The notes beneath the pieces are model-generated. The model did not search any database. It was not told the DNA's origin and was given only the letters and a program-made list of their open reading frames with translations. A stretch of DNA of 64,000 nucleotides from Adineta vaga (taxonomy: Eukaryota; Animalia; Rotifera): NCBI GenBank assembly GCA_021613535.1, contig CP075496.1:13454001-13518000 (forward strand), given 5' to 3'. Every line of letters starts with the position of its first letter. The first letter of the stretch is position 1. Both the position numbers and the translations under genes were made by a program. Shown piece after piece: positions 56,438-64,000 of this stretch.

Positions 56438-56830
56438 CAGTGTTTCTAATGGAAATCTAAAACAAAATGTATTTGTACATTTTGTTTTCGTGAGCAAAGT
56501 GTACATGTACATTTTGTTTTCGTAAGCATAATGTATCAAAGTGTACACATGTAGTTTAGTGTAATGTAAAAAAACGAAAAATAGTAGATTGCTCATGTTT
56601 TTCTTTTGTAAATAAAGGAAACTATATCAGATGAACAAATAAACAATAAATGCAAGAAAAATTGTTTATCCAACATACACACAATACGAAACACAGTGTA
56701 ATTTTTGTATGCAAAGTGTATTTTGTACACTCTGTTTTTCGGACTAAGTGTACAGTAGAGTGTATTTCGAGAATAGCAGGTGTTCTGTACATTTTGTGTT
56801 TGCTTGGTGCACTTGCCATTAGAAACACTG
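56438..56830. mobile_element. Non-autonomous hAT-like MITE
   Basis: Perfect 15-bp TIR CAGTGTTTCTAATGG / CCATTAGAAACACTG. Interior full of TGTACA/AAAGTGTA repeats. TSD imperfect (aatgacgat vs aactgacga). Confidence 0.75.
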
Positions 56831-57568
56831 AACTGACGAAAGATTTCAGTTAGAACTGTTGTCTAACATATAGATGGCGTTGATATACGATTTAGACGCT
56901 CTTCATCCAACGACTGAAGTATTGGGGAAGAAATTCACTCATATTAAAATATCGCTGCCCCTCAACTTTTTGCATTTGATCACTCATTTTGATAACTACC
57001 AGTCTTTATGAAAAAATAGTACAGTGAGGTGAAAGGATGCGTAAGTCTCGTATCTATTAATCTTTTGGCTGTGCCGCTATCTCCAGATTGAAAACGATCA
57101 GAACGCAGGAACATATACTTTCGTTCGGTTGTATCGATAAACAGACGTTTAACAACAAGCTATTGGGAAGAAAACATCTTAATCAAACTATGACGATGAA
57201 TATCGCTTTGGGTTTACTGTAAAATATGCCATCCATCTCACAAGCTGATTCACTTATCTAATGTCTCGTTAAAACGCGAAATTCATCCTGCTTATAGTCA
57301 TGCAAGTGACGGCAGAAATTAACTCGTCTTCATCTTTTCTTAAACAAATGGCACATGTAACATATGGTGGAGAATCTGAATTTGCAGAAAATCAATTTAT
57401 AAGGTTGAGCTGACGCAGAATTCAAGAAATTTTTTAAATAATTTTTTACGCAATCCGATGCATTTTGACGCACTGAATCCGAATATGTATAATTCTTTGA
57501 AATAAAAAGAGTGAGGATGTGGATATTCTTCTAATCTTCACCCTTACTCTCATCCTTTTTCCTTTTAA

Positions 57569-57923
57569 CCCTTTGAGGACGGGAGACGTATATATACGTT
57601 CAGTTTTGAATCAACTGCTAATTGATATGCACATTCCTTTTATTATGATGTTATGATTTAAGCTAATATACAGACCATCAATATGTTACACTGCCATCCC
57701 TGTTGTAACCTCATTCACCATTTTGTTTTTCGCATACATCTATAATTTCTGTTCTCTTTTGTGACAGAGTGTAACGTTGGACTTTGTATTTTCAATTGTT
57801 TCCGAGATTGTCATACTCCGTGATACTTCCAGACATTTTTTAATATCAAGGTGATTAAATATATCCTTTCAGAGTTTCAAACAGTTTCTCGGTTTTCTTA
57901 ACAGTAACCCTATCCTCAAAGGG
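57569..57923. mobile_element. piggyBac-type MITE
   Basis: TTAA on both sides (57565-68, 57924-27); TIR CCCTTTGAGGA; subterminal palindrome acgtatatatacgt. Confidence 0.88.
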
Positions 57924-58681
57924 TTAAGAATATTATCGAATACATCCATGTTTTGAATATATTAAGCAAATGTGTTACTAGCAAACAAAAAATGAAGTGA
58001 TTTGAAGGAATTAACAATATTTATTTAAGTGCAAATTCAATTTACTTTCTAATTCATCTAAAGATTTAATCGTAGTTTATTTTGATAGTTATTTTCAAAT
58101 AAAAAGCGACTTAGATGAAATTTAGAATGACGTCAAATTGTTTATTCTCATTTATTGTAAGAAGATTATTAGAAAAACAAATTTGTTTTTAATGAACAAC
58201 GTTATATACTTGAGTTGATGATATTATAAGATTTAAACTTAGGACATCTGTTCTTTGTTACAACAAGACCGGATAATTTCAGATGATATTGAAGTTTATT
58301 ATTCTGTAAAAATAAAATATTTTTAATTTTAATACGTAATATAGTGTCATTGAGATAAAATTAGTCTTAAAAGTGCGTATAAAATTATATTAAAAGAAAA
58401 TCTCTCTTTTTTTTGGATTGTATCGTTTAATTAATAACTGAAAAGATCCATCGAAACGATTTTATTCAAATAATTATTTTAACGAATATTAAGATTGGAT
58501 TTTTCTGTTCGGTGATTGTAAGAATTAGTTATTTAAATAGTCGAACTTTACTTTTCTATCAACAAAAACAATGTTTTGTTATTCATTTCATTACATGACA
58601 GAGTGTAGAAGAGCATGACAATATTCTCATCATTCTCACTTTCATAATAAAAATCACATATATAATATTCTAAGAAATTTA

Positions 58682-59054
58682 CGATTGTGTGAAGTGAACC
58701 AAAGTGGAGTCCAAAAGTCCATGTTTTACCAAAATATGCATATAAATCGCAGAAAATCGTAAATTTTTTCCTGATTACTAAGTGAAGTTTTTTTCTCTCT
58801 TGTGATAACTCGACTTATCAATTCAGGCTAGCCGATTTGTCCGAATGAGTGAGGACTTTGATTAGTTCAGTTTTGAATATTTGTCATTGCTGGGAAGGGC
58901 GACGTTGGGTGATGAGAAATGATTAAGTTCTATTTTATGGATTTGTTTGCGACAAGAATGTGATGTTTTTACACAAATAAAAACATTGTTTTTTTTCTAT
59001 ATGAAGTCAACCACATTTCTTTAGTTAGCATGCTTGGTTAGCTTCACACGACCG
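58682..59054. mobile_element. Degenerate TIR element (MITE), superfamily uncertain
   Basis: Left cgattgtgtgaagtgaaccaa vs reverse complement of right end cggtcgtgtgaagctaaccaa (17/21 match). No clear TSD. Confidence 0.5.
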
Positions 59055-59079
59055 AAATTTATCTTGTTTTTTTTGTTAA

Positions 59080-60116
59080 CCCTTTCCGGCCGGATGTTAC
59101 CGTTAGTTAACATTTTACTGATATCAATTCAGAATTTGTCTTAAGATAAAGAGATATAGTTTCTTAAATTATTTGATAACTAACTAATCGTATTTTAGCA
59201 CGAATCTATGCATTTGTGAGAAAGGAATAGCCTATTGTTGGCAATTGGGATAAAATTTCCCCGAAACATCTAAAAGAGCCTCTGATCGAAAATGACCTTC
59301 GCATCGCTTGTCTAAACATCCCATAGGAGAGATGACTACTGGTTAATTTTCGTAACCGACTCCATTATCTATCAGGCTTATAAGATGGATTAATCTGTAT
59401 ATTAGGAAAGCAGAAAATCAATATGTTACTTTTAGGTAACATCCGGCCGTAAGGTTACAAACAGGTTAGAAAAGACAGCCAATTGTTTCTCATAAAAGTC
59501 CAATAGGTTGTTGCTAGTTGTATTCTATATTGTCAAAGAAAAACATACTTAGTTCATCCGTTCATTTCATGAAGCGTTACGGTGCTATAGATTTCAATAA
59601 ACCTTCAATGCTGATTAAAATACTCTAAATTCCACTAATTTCATCAAGTTTCTCTAAAATTGCTCATGAATTCAGCGGGATTTCGATCCTATTTAATAAG
59701 CACATCATAGTGTTCTTGTGAAGCCTACCATAAAGCGTCACAAATTTCGTTAGAATCTAACGGAATTGATGAGTAATTTTAGAGTATTTTTAATCAACAT
59801 TGAAGATTCATTGAAATCTATAGCACCGTAACGCTTCATGAAATGAACGGATGAACTAAGTATGTTTTTCTTTGACAATATAGAATACAACTAGCAACAA
59901 CCTATTGGACTTTTATGAGAAACAATTGGCTGCCTTTTCTAACTTGTTTGTACCCTTACGGCCGGATGTTACCAAAAGGTAACATGCTCACATATAGCTC
60001 AGTACTAGTTCTTTAAACCTCATGTTGGAACTGAATAACCTCCATACATAAACGACAAAGAATATGCGGTATTAACAGTTTTTTATTGTTATCTTCTGGT
60101 AGCCGACCGTAAAGGG
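59080..60116. mobile_element. Composite non-autonomous piggyBac-type element with internal long inverted repeat
   Basis: TTAA at 59076-79 and 60117-20. TIRs CCCTTTCCGGCCGG / CCCTTTACGGTCGG (rc). Internal inverted arms ~59423-59631 and ~59775-59985. Confidence 0.85.
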
Positions 60117-60822
60117 TTAACAATTTAATTATTTCTTCTATGTATTATATTAAGTAAAATCTATCTAATATATATATATATATACGTATTTATGCGTATA
60201 TGTTTTATTGTGAGTGTGTGTCTTCATCGCGTTCTGATTGACACAATAAAGGATCATCACACCCACGCACCACACTTCCAAGAAGGGCGGTAGAGTCGAC
60301 CAAACAAAAAATGTGAGTTGGAGTGAGGGTGACATGAGATTAATTCTACCTACACCCACACCCTTAATATTTCAACAATAGGAAACATTATCCATTGCTA
60401 GTCATACAGGCGAGGGCTAAACGAGTGTACCTCGACGAGTGTTACCTGTTAATAACAGAAAATTATTGAATGTTGACATCATTCAATGTCATTAAAAGTC
60501 GATTTATTCTTATTATTGTTCATCTACATCAGAAACCAGAAAAAAAACAGAGAACTGAAAAGAAAAGAAGTTAATTCTTTTTTTAAAATACATATGTAAA
60601 ATGAATGAGAAAAGAAAAAGAATGCAATGTCAAATAATAATACAGTGATAATAATAATAAAAACTGATTGTTGAAAGAATGTGTTCGTATGTGCTCATAG
60701 ATATAAATAAATAAAACAAATATATATATATATACACGGGATACAATTGCCGAGTCAATTCGCCAAATGAAAGAAAGAAAACAATTTGGATAACTATATA
60801 CATGTATTTGAAAGATAAGAAT

Positions 60823-63148
60823 TTAAGTAATTGTGCAGCAGGATGGTGCACAAGCTGGACATAATGTACAACAGCAAAATGGACAGGATCTTGCATGACG
60901 ATTTGTCGGTGTTGGTGTTCGAGGAGCAAAATAAGCATGGATATTTAAATCAGGAAAATGTGTCTTGAAATGAAAATCAATGAAATATCTTCAAAAGATA
61001 TAAATTTATATTTTACTTGAATCTTTTTAACAGCATTTTTAGATATTTGTTGACAATCAAATATATCTAAACGTTGAAGATTTTGACAAGCGAGTAAATG
61101 ATCAATAGAAACATCCGTTATTGTTGGACAATTATCTAATTCAAGGACACGAAGATTTTCTTGGGCAGATGTGCTAGAACTTATATAACGAATTCCATCA
61201 TCAGTTATTTGTTCACATCGTGAAAGAGTCTAGAAAAAAACACAGAAAGATAATTATTTATAAAGATGATGAAATATTTCCTTACTAATATTTGAATCTG
61301 AGGGCAATTATCAGCCAAATGTTTTACAGTATCGTCAGTAATCTATTGAAAATGAATTATTTCTTTAGTAAAAAGTCTCAACATCACTTACAGCTGTACA
61401 ATCTTCGAGATCAAGTCGTTGTAATAGATGGCAACCCTAAAATATTCAGAACGTTGATTTATCTTCTTTTCTTAATAAATTTCGTATTCATACTTGTGCC
61501 AATGCTAAAAATCCGGCATCTGTAAATTGTGCACATAAAGTTGCATCCAATTTTCTAAAAAGAAAACAAACAAAGTTTCGATAAAGAAACAAAAAAACTT
61601 TCTTCTTACTTCAATTGATGAGAATATGTTCCCAAAGCTTTCAATGTTTCATCTGTTAAATTTCTACAATTAGCAATAATTAATGTTTCAAGTGAAGTAC
61701 AATTTTCGGCAAGAATTGTAAGACCATCATCAGTTAAAGACTAAAAAATAAAAAAATCAATTTCCATCAAAATCAATTCCATCGATTATCAACATACAGA
61801 ACAACGATTTAAATCAAGTAATGATAAATTTGAACAATTTATTGCCAATTCTCTTGCTGCTTTATTTGTCATCTAAATGTATACATCAACTATAGTTTTA
61901 AGAAAACTGACAATGTCTTTTAAATATATTACATGTGTACATCCTTCTGCTTTAAAAACTTGTAATTTTGGACATGATTCAGCAAGATTTCGAATTCCAT
62001 TCTCAGTAATACTCATACACCATGATATATCACACCATTCTAAATCTGAACAACTTGAACTAATAAAAAATAAACAAACACTACTTATTTTCTTATATGA
62101 ACATATTCATGATGCTTACCTAATCATTTTAATTCCTTGATCATCGATATGATGACATGAAGCAATATTGATAGATTTTAAATGAGGACAATATTTACTC
62201 AAATGATACAAAGAACTAAAGCAAAAACAAATTGAATTTTTGTTTGAACTTTTCATTGAACTTACGTATTGGATAGTTTTGTACAATGTTTAACAGTTAA
62301 TCGTTCCAGATTAGGACAATTATTAGCAAGAACTCTAGATAAATGAGAACAAATAGTGTTTAAATAGTTTATCATGAAGAATAAGACATGTTCTACCGCA
62401 TATTATGATCAGTAATGTATTTGCAATTTTCAATATTTAATCGCTTTAAAAATGATCCACATTGTTTACTTAAGTTTTCCAAAACAGTACCCTAAAAGAA
62501 AGAAAATCACGAAAAATTCAGTTGTATAACTTATTATATGAACATACATCAACATCACGTTGATAACTTTTCAAATTAATACTTTGCCAATTTGATCCAT
62601 CTAAAGCCAAAGTATTCCAATACTAAATAATCAATAAGTTCATCAGCAATTTGCATAAAGAAAAATTCGTTTGTTATTACTTTTGATACTTGTGCACAAC
62701 GACAAAGTGATTTATAATCAAGATGAGAAAATATTCTAAAATTCAATGTTTTTCTTTTTCATTAGAAAACTCTCTTTGAAAAACAATTTTACCTCAATAG
62801 CAATTCTTTCGGTAAGTTCTTATCAATTAAACAAGTATTTTCATCATTAATTTGTGTATCTTGTGAATCCATTGCTGTTGAATTTTTCATAAAACAGGAG
62901 AAAATTTTCTTTTTACGATTTCTTGAAGAGACATGAAGTAAAGGACGTCGGAGAGAATCATCACTTGTTATTGTCAGTACACCTAATGTTGATGTACTAC
63001 TATAACCATCATTGTTTTGAGTATTTAAACGTTCGTTTGTTGTTGTTGATGATGTATCACTTGTCGAATCAGTATTAACACTAACAGCACTTATATGATT
63101 AGAATGTTGGCCGACTGTACGTTGAAAAAATGTACGTAGAGTTGCCAT
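60823..63148 (-). CDS. FBXL20: F-box/LRR protein FBXL2/FBXL20
   Basis: F-box LIDKNLPKELLLRIFSHLD..SLCRCAQVSK.WN.LALDGSNWQ, Cys-containing LRRs, LELDNCP.ITD and HAYFAP..P plus Cys-rich tail. FBXL2 vs FBXL20 not resolvable. Confidence 0.93.
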
Positions 63149-63780
63149 TATAAAAATATACAATCATTGAGAACTGTAAATCCCACCAGGTCATGAAAGA
63201 TTTGATTTAATAGAAAGAGAAGGATGATTTCATCAACGTTTTGTTCTTTTCTTTTTTTGCTATATGAAATTTGCTCACGCGCTTGAAGCGCGAGCGGGTG
63301 ATTACGATTTGTTTTTTTAAATCTAGAACGAAAGAAAAAAAAAGAACAACAAGATTTATGAATGTTTTGTTTGAAATTTTGTTTTTCGTAAAAAATTTTT
63401 TCATATGAATTGACTTATTCGTATTTAATGAGAGTAATAAAAGTCATCACATGCTGAATAGTTTCATTCATATTCTTATCGGTCAGATGTTTGTTCTATT
63501 TTACTTACTTTACTCTCATTTGTGATGTTTACAAAGATAAAATTGACTTCCAATTGAATCAAAAAGAAATTTATTGAATACTTTTTTCAAAAAGACGAAA
63601 TTTTATTATAACAAAGTCTTTCGAATTTATATATATTTATATATTATTGCACAGATGCCACTAGTAGATTCATGATTGAATAAATTCAATTGGTTGATTT
63701 GCATTCTGATGGAATCTTGATTCTCGATAAAATTCTTTTTAAAAAAAAATCATTAGAAGGAGGGATACATATTGGATTGG

Positions 63781-64000
63781 AACAGAAAGTGATTATGAAT
63801 TTTATACAACGAAAGTTGGTGATACAATATTTCGATTTTACGCCGTTGTTTTAATCTTCATGTAAGTGGAAGTGCTAGGCAAGATTTTGTTTGTGCTGCA
63901 TTTGTGATTTATTAATACAAACAAATGTTGTAATAAAGAAATTATCAAGACTTGATGAATTTAATAGATGCAAATCTTTCTCAAATTTTATGTGGAATTA
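63781..64000 (+). pseudogene. JNK (MAPK8/9/10-like) pseudogene fragment, runs off window
   Basis: Across frameshifts: EFYTTKVGDTIF / SILRRCFNLHVSGSARQDFVCAAF / DLLIQTNVVIKKLSR / LMNLIDANLSQIL. Compare JNK [45 protein letters not shown]...MELMDANLCQVI. Confidence 0.82.

Noticed and set aside
56470-56800. Short repeated units as a CRISPR-like array
   Set aside because: Irregular spacing, no unique spacers or cas genes; explained as MITE subterminal repeats.
57019-57490. Possible further TE relics (TACAGT...ACTGTA; gacgcactgaatccgaat motif)
   Set aside because: Looks TE-derived, but TIR matches are too short to define boundaries or family.

Overview
AT-rich eukaryotic DNA with many short (~50-60 nt) GT-AG introns. 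Gene style and TGTGGG/TGAGGG-like repeats suggest a bdelloid rotifer (inference). Intron-containing genes, left to right: ELP2 (5'-truncated), TBC1D24, a GXYLT1-like gene with a second degenerate GT8 domain, a stand-alone Capicua-L N-terminal module lacking the HMG box, fucokinase, an unidentified Q/S/P-rich protein, FAM78 (one non-AG acceptor), Lmx1, a FMRFamide-receptor-like GPCR, a divergent Gq-like G-alpha, a receptor guanylyl cyclase, ZNF598 and FBXL2/20, plus a JNK pseudogene at the right edge. An accessory island (~53-60.4 kb) holds a frameshifted two-LysM membrane-protein gene, a trypsin-like protease with a two-TM hairpin between catalytic His and Asp, and several MITEs including a composite piggyBac foldback. 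Best leads: (1) the GPCR / G-alpha / guanylyl cyclase triplet, whose G-alpha carries substitutions that activate other G-alphas; (2) the membrane-hairpin protease and LysM pair; (3) the stand-alone Cic-L module. All calls come from manual splicing and motif recognition; no searches were run.
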